Part shown: positions 1-8,795 of the stretch, in pieces
Numbering within the stretch: the stretch's first letter is position 1
Layout: each line of letters starts with the position of its first letter
Source: Alphaproteobacteria bacterium
GTDB lineage: Bacteria; Pseudomonadota; Alphaproteobacteria; CAAHEQ01; UBA3637
DNA length: 36,786 nt
Reading direction: 5' to 3'
NCBI GenBank assembly: GCA_045605805.1
Contig: JAZUQR010000024.1
Location: 1-36,786, forward strand
Notes under the pieces: generated by a model
The model's input: only the letters and a program-made list of their open reading frames with translations
Database searches by the model: none
Told to the model about the DNA's origin: nothing
Program-made: the position numbers and the translations under genes

Positions 1-105
1 GAGGAAGGTCCTGATGGGAATGGTAGATTTGTTGGTGGATGTTGCTATGGAACGGTGCAGCCAGGTGATGCCTATCAAGGTATTGGAGATACTTGTATAG
101 AGTAA
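1..105 (+). CDS. 3' end of a truncated Cys/Gly-rich protein (EEGPDGNGRFVGGCCYGTVQPGDAYQGIGDTCIE*)
   Basis: Frame 1 is open from base 1 to TAA at 103-105 and is followed by a terminator hairpin; composition resembles the Cys-rich protein at 2880. Confidence 0.6.
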   Translation, partial: EEGPDGNGRFVGGCCYGTVQPGDAYQGIGDTCIE

Positions 106-129
106 TCACGCCTATATCATAAACCAAAA

Positions 130-157
130 CCCCCGATACACAATCGGGGGAGTTTTT
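130..157 (+). terminator. Intrinsic terminator
   Basis: CCCCCGAT-ACACA-ATCGGGGG followed by AGTTTTT. Confidence 0.8.
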
Positions 158-207
158 ATCGCTATAAAACCTAAAAAATGAAAAAAAACTTTTTATCTGA
201 AAAAGGT

Positions 208-236
208 TTGACATTTGGTTGAAAAAAGTGTATCTT
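208..236 (+). promoter_or_regulatory. sigma70-type promoter of lysS
   Basis: TTGACA-17 nt-TATCTT. Confidence 0.6.
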
Positions 237-271
237 CTTTTTTGTAATTTGTCTGATGAAAGGATTATAAA

Positions 272-1756
272 ATGACAATGGATGAAAACTTGGGGCATGA
301 ACAACGCCAAATTCGTTTGGAAAAATTGAAAAAATTGGAGGATATGGGGCTGAACGCTTATCCCCATTGCTATAAACCCAATGCCACATCCAAAAGCCTT
401 TCGGAAAAATATGCCGAGTTACCACCGGATACACAAACAGAAGATGTGGTATCCGTGGCCGGTCGTGTGCGTGCGGTGCGCAATTCGGGTATGTTTATTG
501 ATATTTTTGATACCACTGGAAAAGTGCAAATCTATACATCAAAAGAACATTCTGAACAATCGGTTTTAGATTTGTTGGACTTGATTGATATCGGTGATGT
601 GATTGGGGTGACGGGAACAGTGCGTCGCACAAAGCGGGGTGAATTGTCTGTGAATACCCAAGAAATTAAGATGTTGGCAAAGGCTTTGTTGCCGCTGCCA
701 GAAAAGTTTCATGGCCTAACGGATATTGATACAAAATATCGCCATCGTGAGGTGGATATGATTATGAACCCCGAAACAATTCAAACTTTGATCAAACGCA
801 GTCAGATTATTGAATCCATTCGTCAATTGCTGATTAAAAAAGGGTTGGTAGAAGTGGATACACCGATTTTGCAAACAATCAAAGGTGGGGCAACGGCCAA
901 ACCGTTTATTACGCACCATAACAGCTTGGATATGGAACTGTTCTTGCGTGTGGCACCGGAATTGTTCTTGAAACGATTGATTGTGGGGGGGATGCCCGGG
1001 GTTTTTGAGTTTGCCCGCAACTTTCGCAACGAAGGAATGGATACAACACACAACCCCGAATTCACTGGTTTTGAGGTGTATATCCCCTATATGGATTATA
1101 ACGATATGGCTGATTTGTTTGAAGACATTGTGCGTACTGCTTGTCAGGCTGTGAATGGTACTTTGAACATTGAATATGATGGCAAAAAGTTTGATTTGTC
1201 CAAACCGTTTGCTCGTGTTACAATGAACGAAATGATTCAAAAATATGCTGGCGTTGATTTCTTGGCCATTCAAACGGATGAAGAAGCCCGTAAAGTGGCC
1301 GAAGATTTGGGGGTGCATGTGGATGAAAATGATGATTGGGGCCATTGTATGGCGGCTGTATTTGAAGAAAAATGCGAAGCCCATCTGATTCAGCCAACAA
1401 TTGTGATGGATCACCCTAAATCCTTAAATCCATTGTGTAAAACGCACCGCAGCGAACCTCGCTTGGTGGAACAATTTGAACCTTATATCAACGGCACAGA
1501 AATGGGCAACGCCTATACAGAATTGACCAATCCGTTGGATCAGCGTGAACGCTTTGAAGCCCAAGTCAAAGCGCGTGAAGCCGGTGATGAAGAGGCAGAT
1601 ATGATGGATGATGATTTTGTTGAGGCTTTGGAACACGGTCTGCCACCCACAGGGGGAATGGGGATTGGTATGGACCGTTTGGTTATGTTTTTAACAGGCA
1701 ATACATCTATTCGTGATGTGTTGGCATTCCCCACAATGAGAAAATTAAACAAATAA
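272..1756 (+). CDS. lysS: Lysine--tRNA ligase, class II
   Basis: N-terminal OB-fold (VAGRV...GKVQ), motif 2 FRNEG..HNPEFT, motif 3 GMGIGMDRL. Confidence 0.97.
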   Translation: MTMDENLGHEQRQIRLEKLKKLEDMGLNAYPHCYKPNATSKSLSEKYAELPPDTQTEDVVSVAGRVRAVRNSGMFIDIFDTTGKVQIYTSKEHSEQSVLDLLDLIDIGDVIGVTGTVRRTKRGELSVNTQEIKMLAKALLPLPEKFHGLTDIDTKYRHREVDMIMNPETIQTLIKRSQIIESIRQLLIKKGLVEVDTPILQTIKGGATAKPFITHHNSLDMELFLRVAPELFLKRLIVGGMPGVFEFARNFRNEGMDTTHNPEFTGFEVYIPYMDYNDMADLFEDIVRTACQAVNGTLNIEYDGKKFDLSKPFARVTMNEMIQKYAGVDFLAIQTDEEARKVAEDLGVHVDENDDWGHCMAAVFEEKCEAHLIQPTIVMDHPKSLNPLCKTHRSEPRLVEQFEPYINGTEMGNAYTELTNPLDQRERFEAQVKAREAGDEEADMMDDDFVEALEHGLPPTGGMGIGMDRLVMFLTGNTSIRDVLAFPTMRKLNK

Positions 1757-1767
1757 AGGAGGACAAA

Positions 1768-2034
1768 ATGAAAAAGTTTGTGAAAAAAATAATGGATTTG
1801 GATACACCGGTTTTAACCGAGATGTTGGCCGCAAAATTGGCCCCATTTGCCAAAGTATTGTATGCCGTTTTGTTGGTGATTATTGCCTTTGGATTTATCG
1901 GTTCCTTGGGTTTGCTGTTCAGCGGTGATATTTCCTTATTCTTGGCAACCTTATTGGGTCTTGTTGCCGAGTTTACCTTGGTGCGCATGTTCTGCGAATA
2001 TCTTGTATCCGCAAACCCAAAAGCCAAAAAATAA
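1768..2034 (+). CDS. Small membrane protein with two hydrophobic segments (DUF4282-like)
   Basis: AGGAGG RBS, two hydrophobic helices, 'VRMFCEYL' ending; the family call is tentative. Confidence 0.7.
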   Translation: MKKFVKKIMDLDTPVLTEMLAAKLAPFAKVLYAVLLVIIAFGFIGSLGLLFSGDISLFLATLLGLVAEFTLVRMFCEYLVSANPKAKK

Positions 2035-2046
2035 GGGGAGCTGGTT

Positions 2047-2123
<77 letters not shown>

Positions 2124-2144
2124 TTTTTTTTGAAGGAAACAAGA

Positions 2145-2531
2145 ATGTTGGGCATTGTTTTGGCAGCACATTATCCGTTGGCCGATTCCATGAAACAGGT
2201 GTTGGAACATATTGTTGGCCCAATGCCTGATATTGCCGTTGTCAATGTTCCCGAAAGCGTGGATACAGAGGTATTGCGTCAGGAATTGGCGGATAAAATC
2301 ATCTCGGTCAATGAAGGACAGGGCGTTGTAGTCGTGACAGATATCTATGGGGGCGTGCCGTCCAATCTGGCGGTCTCGTTGTCTGGAAAAACGGTGCGTG
2401 TGATAAGCGGTATGAATGTGCCAATGCTGGTGAAGTTGGTTCGTCTGCGTGAGAAAGGCTTGGACGAGGCGGTTCATGAGGCGGTTCAAGCGGGTGCAGC
2501 TTTCATTTTGCAGGCAGAAAAGGAATCATAA
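2145..2531 (+). CDS. PTS EIIA, mannose/fructose family (ManX-like)
   Basis: IVLAAH phospho-His, TDIYGGVPSN and GMNVPML motifs; adjacent to HPr. Confidence 0.9.
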   Translation: MLGIVLAAHYPLADSMKQVLEHIVGPMPDIAVVNVPESVDTEVLRQELADKIISVNEGQGVVVVTDIYGGVPSNLAVSLSGKTVRVISGMNVPMLVKLVRLREKGLDEAVHEAVQAGAAFILQAEKES

Positions 2532-2532
2532 A

Positions 2533-2811
2533 ATGGCCACAGCAACAAAGCGTGTAAAAATTCAAAACTTAAAAGGGTTGCATGCTCGGGCAACAGCCAC
2601 TTTTGTGAAATTGGCGGAAACTTTTCAAAGCGAAATTATGGTGTCTAAATCAGGGGGAACGCCCATGTCTGGCAAGTCTATTATGGGTCTGTTGATGTTG
2701 GCCGCCCCGTTGGGGGATACCTTAAAGATTTGTGCCGAAGGTCCTGATGCGGAAAAAGCGGTCAAAGCGTTGGCCGATTTGGTGCGAAATAAATTTGGGG
2801 AAGAAGCATAA
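2533..2811 (+). CDS. ptsH: Phosphocarrier protein HPr/NPr
   Basis: GLHARA (His15) and KSIMGL (Ser46) motifs; start moved to ATG 2533. Confidence 0.93.
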   Translation: MATATKRVKIQNLKGLHARATATFVKLAETFQSEIMVSKSGGTPMSGKSIMGLLMLAAPLGDTLKICAEGPDAEKAVKALADLVRNKFGEEA

Positions 2812-2819
2812 TTGGGTTC

Positions 2820-2847
2820 TTGACAAAAGTCAAAAAAACGATAGATT
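2820..2847 (+). promoter_or_regulatory. Promoter with a palindrome (TTGAC-AAAA-GTCAA) overlapping the -35 box
   Basis: TTGACA-16 nt-TAGATT; inverted repeat at 2820-2833. Confidence 0.45.
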
Positions 2848-2879
2848 AAAATCAGAAAACAGCAAAAGGAGGATCTCTG

Positions 2880-4043
2880 ATGAAACGGATGATTGTATTT
2901 TTGGGCATGATATGCATGGCCACTTCTGCGATGGCGTTTGGCGGCGGTGGTGGGGGCCACGATTCCACAAAATATAATCGTTATAAGGCTGGGGTAGATA
3001 ACTTTGGGGTTCATATTCATCCGGATAATCCCCCGTTGGACATTCGTTTTTATGACATCAAGGATGATGCAAATGCCCAGCCGTGTCAAGCTGGTGCAAA
3101 TGTCTATTGCTGTAAAGCAGGGTATGTTGTGGATGTCGCCACCAGCAAGTGTGTGGCGTGTCCGTCTGGCTCTGTGGCCACTTTGGAGGAAAACTTCAAA
3201 TGCACAGTGTGCGTTGGGGAAATGATGCCAAATCAGGATAAGTCATCTTGTATCATGCCAGAACCCATCTGCGAAGGCACCGTTTGTGGGGCGAATTGTT
3301 GCCCAACCGGAGCAACTTGTACCGAAGGCAAGTGTTGTTACGGGGAAACTTGTGCTGGTGAGGGGCAAGAACTGTATTGTGCTTTTACAAATGCTCAAGG
3401 TGAGTGCGAGTCTTGGTCTACCTGTGCCGAAGGAAAAAGTACAGGTGCTTCCATTGTTGGCGTGAAATCTGAATATGATGATGGCTGCTATGGTGCCTGT
3501 GCTGGTGAGAGGCAAGAACTGTATTGTGCTTCTACAAATGCTCAAGGTGAGTGTTACGACTGGTACATCTGTGCCGAAGGGAAAAGCAGCGGTGATTCAA
3601 TTGTGGGTGTGAGTGGGGCTTATGGTGCCTGTGCTGGCGCAGGTGAAGAGCTGTATTGTAGCAAAACAAATGAGTCTGGTGAGTGCTTGTCTTGGGGTAC
3701 CTGTGACGAAGGCAAAAGTAGCAAAGATTGGATTGTGAATCTAGATTCAAGAAAGGGAGCAGAAGATATGTGGGCAGCTGGTGCCTGTGCAGGTGAGAAT
3801 GAGGAAGTCTACTGTGCTCATGCAACAGCAATGGGTGAGTGTTACGAGTGGCTGACCTGTGCCGAAGGGAGAAGTACCAAAGATTGGATTGTGGATGTGA
3901 AATATAACAGTGGTGCTCTTGGTGCTTGTGCTGATGAGAACGAGCGGTACTACTGTTCTGGAAAAATAAGTACGGGTGAATGTTTTAACTGGGTAACCTG
4001 TCCAGCCGATAGGTTTGATGAAACAACACAAACTTGTAATTAA
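2880..4043 (+). CDS. Secreted cysteine-rich repeat protein, unknown function
   Basis: AGGAGG RBS, Sec-type signal peptide ending SAMA, G6 tract, very high Cys content, five C-terminal repeats. Confidence 0.88.
   Translation: MKRMIVFLGMICMATSAMAFGGGGGGHDSTKYNRYKAGVDNFGVHIHPDNPPLDIRFYDIKDDANAQPCQAGANVYCCKAGYVVDVATSKCVACPSGSVATLEENFKCTVCVGEMMPNQDKSSCIMPEPICEGTVCGANCCPTGATCTEGKCCYGETCAGEGQELYCAFTNAQGECESWSTCAEGKSTGASIVGVKSEYDDGCYGACAGERQELYCASTNAQGECYDWYICAEGKSSGDSIVGVSGAYGACAGAGEELYCSKTNESGECLSWGTCDEGKSSKDWIVNLDSRKGAEDMWAAGACAGENEEVYCAHATAMGECYEWLTCAEGRSTKDWIVDVKYNSGALGACADENERYYCSGKISTGECFNWVTCPADRFDETTQTCN
3351..4040 (+). repeat. Five coding tandem repeats with core C-x8-C-x8-C-x2-W-x2-C
   Basis: Units start at 3351, 3498, 3630, 3786 and 3927 (first four are 49, 44, 52 and 47 aa); units 1 and 2 are closely similar in DNA. 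Confidence 0.9.
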
Positions 4044-4060
4044 AAAAATAAAGCCACACT

Positions 4061-4091
4061 TCCCCCGACATAAAAATCGGGGGATTTTTTT
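4061..4091 (+). terminator. Intrinsic terminator
   Basis: TCCCCCGA-CATAAAAA-TCGGGGGA followed by T7. Confidence 0.85.
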
Positions 4092-4128
4092 ACTTTACAA
4101 CCATTCTTAAAGGTGGTAAGATATTTTT

Positions 4129-5427
4129 ATGACAACATTTTATTTTGATTCTTTTCTGTTTAACAAGGAAAAAGGAACGGTTTCGTTTTATTATCACATT
4201 GACAAGGGCGAAAGTTTTGAAGAGGTCATTACTTTTCCAAATGCACCGTTTCAATTGGATAATGCACAAGAACAAGTGTTGCATCAGATTTTGTTTTTGG
4301 CGCATATCGCCTGTGGTATCAGCTATTATAAAGCGTTTTTATGTGATGAGATTCGGGTTTTATCGGGTGTTTTAACCAAAGAGCAAGCCGCCTTTTTTGA
4401 TGCGTTTTATTTGAAAGGTTTGGGCGAATTTGCCGTTCAAAATCATTTGAACCTGCAAGGAAAGATTCATTTTCCCTATGGACAGGTTGACACTGATTTG
4501 CCTCAGGTTTCCTTAAATCCTTCGGCTTTGGTGCCGGTTGGAGGGGGCAAAGATTCTTGTGTGGTGATGGCTTTGATGAAAGATTTGGGTGTCTCATCAG
4601 TGGGCGTTTCGTGTGGCACTTCCCGCGCCCAAAAAGATTGCTGTGACAAAATGAATGTGCCTTATTTGGTTTTTTTACGCCAAATTGACAAGCGTTTATT
4701 ACAGCTGAATCAAGAAGGAAAAGTGTTTAACGGACATATTCCCATTACAGGCGTGTTGGCCTTTTTGCTGTGGGCTTTGGCCATATTGCGGGGGGATAAA
4801 TATGTGGTGATGGCGTGTGAAAAATCGGCCAATAGTGGCAACTTGATGCAGGGTGATTTGGTTATCAATCATCAATGGTCAAAGTCGGTGGAGTTTGAAA
4901 AAATGTTTGCCTCTATGACCCAAAAAATTACCCCAGACTTTCGGTATTTTTCTTTGTTGCGCCCAATTTCAGAAGCCCATATTGCCAAGCTGTTTTGCGA
5001 AAAATGCACCCCTTGCTTTGATGTGTTCACAAGTTGTAATAAGGCGTTTAAGTTAGACTTGAACAAGCGGATTGACAGGTGGTGTGGAGAATGTGACAAA
5101 TGTCGCTTTGTCTTTTTGATTTTAGCCCCTTTTATGGACAAAACCACTTTGGTGCGCCTTGTTGGCCGAAATCCATTGAATGAATCAGAACAGATTCAAG
5201 GTTATCAAGAATTGTTGGGGCTGAGTGGACACAAGCCCTTTGAATGTGTGGGGGAAGTGGATGAATGCAGATGGGCTTTTTATCAATTAAAAATGCATCC
5301 CGATTGGCAAGAAGATGTGGTGGTGCGGGCTTTGGATGTGCCGATGGTTCACCACCCCTTTGATGTGTCCGCAGAACACTTTATTCCAGAGGAATTGGCA
5401 AATGTTATGGCAGACTTTGAAGTGTAA
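4129..5427 (+). CDS. murL: UDP-MurNAc-L-Ala-L-Glu epimerase MurL
   Basis: GGGKDS loop, NGHIP, NHQWSKS..FE, WCGECDKC and KPFECVG motifs; overlaps a murD-family gene. Confidence 0.85.
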   Translation: MTTFYFDSFLFNKEKGTVSFYYHIDKGESFEEVITFPNAPFQLDNAQEQVLHQILFLAHIACGISYYKAFLCDEIRVLSGVLTKEQAAFFDAFYLKGLGEFAVQNHLNLQGKIHFPYGQVDTDLPQVSLNPSALVPVGGGKDSCVVMALMKDLGVSSVGVSCGTSRAQKDCCDKMNVPYLVFLRQIDKRLLQLNQEGKVFNGHIPITGVLAFLLWALAILRGDKYVVMACEKSANSGNLMQGDLVINHQWSKSVEFEKMFASMTQKITPDFRYFSLLRPISEAHIAKLFCEKCTPCFDVFTSCNKAFKLDLNKRIDRWCGECDKCRFVFLILAPFMDKTTLVRLVGRNPLNESEQIQGYQELLGLSGHKPFECVGEVDECRWAFYQLKMHPDWQEDVVVRALDVPMVHHPFDVSAEHFIPEELANVMADFEV

Positions 5428-6574
5428 AAAAATTGCCGTTTGGGGTATGGGCAAGGAAGGGATGGCGGTGTGCAAAGTATTGCAAGAAAAAGTGCCGTCT
5501 GCAACCCTTGTTGAAATAAGTGAAGATAATGTGACAGACCTTTTTGGGTGTGATGTTTTGATTAAATCTCCAGGGGTATCGCTGTATCGGGCAGAAATCC
5601 AACAGGCAAAACAAAAAGGTATTGTTGTGACAAGTGGTACAAATCTTTTTATGAAAAACAAAAATCCCAACACAAAGGTGATTGCTATTACCGGAACAAA
5701 GGGCAAAAGTACCACTTCAAGTTTGTTGGCACATACGCTTAAAAACTATGGCTTTCGGGTGGCCTTGGGGGGAAATATCGGTGTTCCATTGGTTTCTCTT
5801 GTTGATGAACCGGCCGATTTCGTTGTGGCTGAACTGTCGTCATATCAATGCGCTGATTTTGAAGGAGAGCCGGATATCAGTGTGTTGTTGAACCTGTATC
5901 CAGAGCATTTGCAATGGCATACCTCGCACCAACAATACTATGCCGATAAACGCCAGATGTGGTACAAGGGGCGGATTCGGATAGATGGTTCAAATCTATC
6001 TGTTCAGGTGAAAGATGGTTTTTTTTATGATGAATTGAATCAGTTATTTTCTGTGTCGCACTTGAATTTGAAAGGCAATCATAATGCGGGCAATGCCTGT
6101 GTGGTGTTGAGTGTGTTAAAACAGCTTGGTTTGGATTTGACAAAGGCTGGGCGGGCGTTTGAAACTTTCCAAGCCTTGCCTCATCGCTTACAGATAATTG
6201 CCGAAATTGATGGCATTACTTATGTAGATGACAGTATTTCTACAACGCCAGAAACGGCTGTTTGTGCAATGGAAACTTTTAAGGACAGACCTGTTGTTTT
6301 ATTGGTTGGTGGGTTTGACAGAGGGCAAGACTATGATGCCTTAAACCGCTATATTCAGCAAAATCATATTCAAGCCATTGCAATGCCTGTGACAGGAGAT
6401 AGAATTGAGTCGCCTTATCATGTCAATACGGTGAAAGAGGCTGTGGCTTTGGCCAAACAGATTGCCCAAAAAGGGGGGGTTGTATTGCTTTCTCCGGCTG
6501 CGCCAAGCTATCATCAGTATCAAAACTTTGAAGAACGGGGAGATGATTTTGTGCGGGCTGTAAAAGAGGCTTGA
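5402..6574 (+). CDS. murD: MurD-family ligase (probably MurD2, adding L-Glu)
   Basis: KSPG, ITGTKGKSTT, ELSSYQ, LPHRL, DDSISTTP and LLSPAAPS motifs; start moved to ATG 5402. Confidence 0.9.
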   Translation: MLWQTLKCKKIAVWGMGKEGMAVCKVLQEKVPSATLVEISEDNVTDLFGCDVLIKSPGVSLYRAEIQQAKQKGIVVTSGTNLFMKNKNPNTKVIAITGTKGKSTTSSLLAHTLKNYGFRVALGGNIGVPLVSLVDEPADFVVAELSSYQCADFEGEPDISVLLNLYPEHLQWHTSHQQYYADKRQMWYKGRIRIDGSNLSVQVKDGFFYDELNQLFSVSHLNLKGNHNAGNACVVLSVLKQLGLDLTKAGRAFETFQALPHRLQIIAEIDGITYVDDSISTTPETAVCAMETFKDRPVVLLVGGFDRGQDYDALNRYIQQNHIQAIAMPVTGDRIESPYHVNTVKEAVALAKQIAQKGGVVLLSPAAPSYHQYQNFEERGDDFVRAVKEA

Positions 6575-6599
6575 CAAATGGTTGAAAATCTGATATAAT
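6571..6599 (+). promoter_or_regulatory. Consensus sigma70 promoter of rpmI-rplT
   Basis: TTGACA-17 nt-TATAAT. Confidence 0.85.
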
Positions 6600-6672
6600 C
6601 CTTTTGTTTTCCGAACGGGCTTATTCAATTGGCTGCCCCGAGGATGTCATAACAATAACAAAAGGAAAGAAA

Positions 6673-6876
6673 ATGCCAAAATTAAAATCTAAAAGCTGCG
6701 TGAAAAAACGCTGCAAACTCACCAAAAATGGAAAAGTGAAAACCGGTCATGTGAACAAACGCCACTTGTTTATTCACAAGGATAAAAAACGTACACGTCA
6801 AGCACGTCGTACTCAGGTTGCTTCCACAACAGTGAGCAAAATTTTGAAGTTCTTTATTCACGGGAAAGGAGTGTAA
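6673..6876 (+). CDS. rpmI: 50S ribosomal protein L35
   Basis: MPKLKSKS..KKR..T..GKVK pattern; directly upstream of rplT. Confidence 0.93.
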   Translation: MPKLKSKSCVKKRCKLTKNGKVKTGHVNKRHLFIHKDKKRTRQARRTQVASTTVSKILKFFIHGKGV

Positions 6877-6879
6877 CCT

Positions 6880-7233
6880 ATGGCAAGAGTCAAACGTGGC
6901 ACGATTGTCCGTGCAAAGCATAACAAAATTTTGAAAATGGCCAAAGGATATCGTGGTCGTAATTCCAAAGTCTTTACAATTGCTAAAGAAAAAGTGGAAA
7001 AAGGTTTGCAATATGCATACCGTGATCGCAGAGCCAAAAAAACAGACATTCGCCAATTGTGGATTGTTAGTATCAATGCGGCAGTACGTGCAAATGGTAT
7101 GGTCTATTCACGCTTTATGAACGGCTTGAAAAAAGCCAATATCGTGTTGGACCGCAAGGTTTTGGCCGATATCGCTTTGAATGATGCCAAAGGCTTTGAA
7201 GCCTTGGTGGAAAAAGCCAAAGCTGCTTTATAA
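6880..7233 (+). CDS. rplT: 50S ribosomal protein L20
   Basis: MARVKRG, AYRDRR and RQLWI..INAA motifs. Confidence 0.98.
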   Translation: MARVKRGTIVRAKHNKILKMAKGYRGRNSKVFTIAKEKVEKGLQYAYRDRRAKKTDIRQLWIVSINAAVRANGMVYSRFMNGLKKANIVLDRKVLADIALNDAKGFEALVEKAKAAL

Positions 7234-7252
7234 CAAGCGACTATGCTTTTAT

Positions 7253-7286
7253 AAAAAACACCGGCTGATTTGTCGGTGTTTTTTTT
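7253..7286. terminator. Bidirectional terminator between rplT and the methyltransferase gene
   Basis: AAAAAACACCGGC-TGATTT-GTCGGTGTTTTTTTT. Confidence 0.85.
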
Positions 7287-8004
7287 AATCCAGCTCTTTT
7301 CCATCTCGCAACAGCTTGTTTGCGCTGGAAGTGGGCTTATTTGTTTGGGTGTGCAAAATTAAAGGTGGGTGGATGGTGGTTGGTTTTTTTGAACCCAAGA
7401 TGCCACGCACGATAATTCGTTTGGCATTTTGCCCTGCCTTTGAATAAATCGGAATAATTTCAATAGCCCCTAACTTTTGTTCTAATGTCGCCAAAATTGA
7501 TGTCAACATTTCCGGCCGGTGAATCATGGTAAAAGTGCCTTTTGCCCGAATATGTTTTAAGCAATAAAAAATCCAATTATCCAAATTAAAATGGGCAGCA
7601 TAGGCAATTTCTTGTTCTTTGTTTTGGCGTGACAAACCGGTTGTATCGTAAAAGGGGGGATTTGTCACCACATGGTGAAATTGTTGGCCTTTTAATGGAT
7701 CTGTTCCTTGGAATAAATCTGTTTGGATGACGGTGATTTTATGATCATTTAAGATGGCATTTTCTTGAATCAATTGCACCAGATTTTCTTGTACCTCCAA
7801 AGCGGTTAGGTGGATGGGCATACGGGCCCCGATGCAAAATCCTATCACGCCATTGCCAGCCCCCACATCCAAAACAGAATCGCCTTGTTTGGCTTTGACA
7901 GCAGCGGCTGCCAAAACGGCATCAGAAGTTGCTCGTAATCCTTTAAGAGATTGTCTTAACTTGATTTTGCCATTCAAAAAATCATCTATGGTCACTTGTT
8001 TCAT
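7285..8004 (-). CDS. tRNA1(Val) A37 N6-methyltransferase (TrmN6/YfiC family)
   Basis: VLDVGAGNG SAM-binding motif, NPPF motif, IHRPE. Confidence 0.85.
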   Translation of the reverse strand: MKQVTIDDFLNGKIKLRQSLKGLRATSDAVLAAAAVKAKQGDSVLDVGAGNGVIGFCIGARMPIHLTALEVQENLVQLIQENAILNDHKITVIQTDLFQGTDPLKGQQFHHVVTNPPFYDTTGLSRQNKEQEIAYAAHFNLDNWIFYCLKHIRAKGTFTMIHRPEMLTSILATLEQKLGAIEIIPIYSKAGQNAKRIIVRGILGSKKPTTIHPPLILHTQTNKPTSSANKLLRDGKELD

Positions 8005-8043
8005 GGTGGTTATTATAGAAACAAATGGTTCAAAAGTAAAGAC

Positions 8044-8622
8044 TTATTTTTTCAAACGAGCGTTTGTGCGTTCAATGGCTTGAAAAATATCTTGGGGGGT
8101 GTTGGCAAAGTCAACAAAATCAATTTGGTCAAACAAAACTGTGCCAGATTTTTGCATATTTTCTAACAGCTGTTTCATTGGGTCCCAAAAGCCGTTAAAA
8201 TTCAAAAAAATCACAGGCTTTTCGCTTCTGTCACCCAATTTGGCATGAACCCCTTGTGAGGCGATTTCATCCATTGTTCCCCAACCTCCTGGGGCAACAA
8301 GCAACGCATCGGCACTTTCCATCATGATCTGTTTGCGTTCATGCAATGTATCCACCACAAGCAGTTCGCCCTCACCAAAAATGGAAGTATCCTTGCATTG
8401 TTTGTGTAATAAAGAGGGAATGGTGACACCCAATACTTTTCCTCCGGCAGAACGAGCCCCTTTGAAAGATTCACCCATCAAACCTTCATCACCCACACCA
8501 TAAATCATGGTAATTCCTTTTTGGGCAAGCAGGGCGGCCGTTTCAAAAACAGGTTTTCGGAACTCTTGTGCCACATTGTCACTGGCAGAGCCAAACATGG
8601 CGATTGCTTTATATTGTGTCAT
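8044..8622 (-). CDS. LOG-family (TIGR00730-like) nucleotide phosphoribohydrolase
   Basis: GLMG, ERK and PGGWGTMDE motifs. Confidence 0.88.
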   Translation of the reverse strand: MTQYKAIAMFGSASDNVAQEFRKPVFETAALLAQKGITMIYGVGDEGLMGESFKGARSAGGKVLGVTIPSLLHKQCKDTSIFGEGELLVVDTLHERKQIMMESADALLVAPGGWGTMDEIASQGVHAKLGDRSEKPVIFLNFNGFWDPMKQLLENMQKSGTVLFDQIDFVDFANTPQDIFQAIERTNARLKK

Positions 8623-8623
8623 T

Positions 8624-8743
8624 TTACTCCTTGATAATATATTTTTGCGGATATGTTGAGTTTTCGGGATGAATGGGCATGCTCATCCGTCCGCAGGCGG
8701 AAAGGATAAAACAGAACAGGAAAAGTAAAATTATTTTTTTCAT
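8624..8743 (-). CDS. 39-aa lipoprotein (MKKIILLFLFCFILSACGRMSMPIHPENSTYPQKYIIKE), absent from the ORF track
   Basis: Basic N-terminus, hydrophobic core, lipobox LSA|CG; stop lies 1 nt before the LOG start; promoter TTGACT-17-TATGCT just upstream. Confidence 0.8.
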   Translation of the reverse strand: MKKIILLFLFCFILSACGRMSMPIHPENSTYPQKYIIKE

Positions 8744-8795
8744 ATTGTCAGCATAATCTAAAATCCGCCAAAAGTCAATTCAAAAAAACTTGTTT

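Noticed and set aside
716-1414. Long antisense ORFs (here and opposite recG, rpsA, rlmN and the ABC-F)
   Set aside because: Shadow frames of well-supported genes, with no RBS or recognisable motifs.
3351-4040. Repeats as a CRISPR array or a DGR template/variable pair
   Set aside because: They are in-frame coding repeats; differences are not confined to adenines (e.g. TTT vs TCT); no cas or reverse transcriptase gene is in the window.
6473-6479. G7 run in murD as a phase-variation site
   Set aside because: Short, in frame (K-G-G-V) and inside a probably essential gene.
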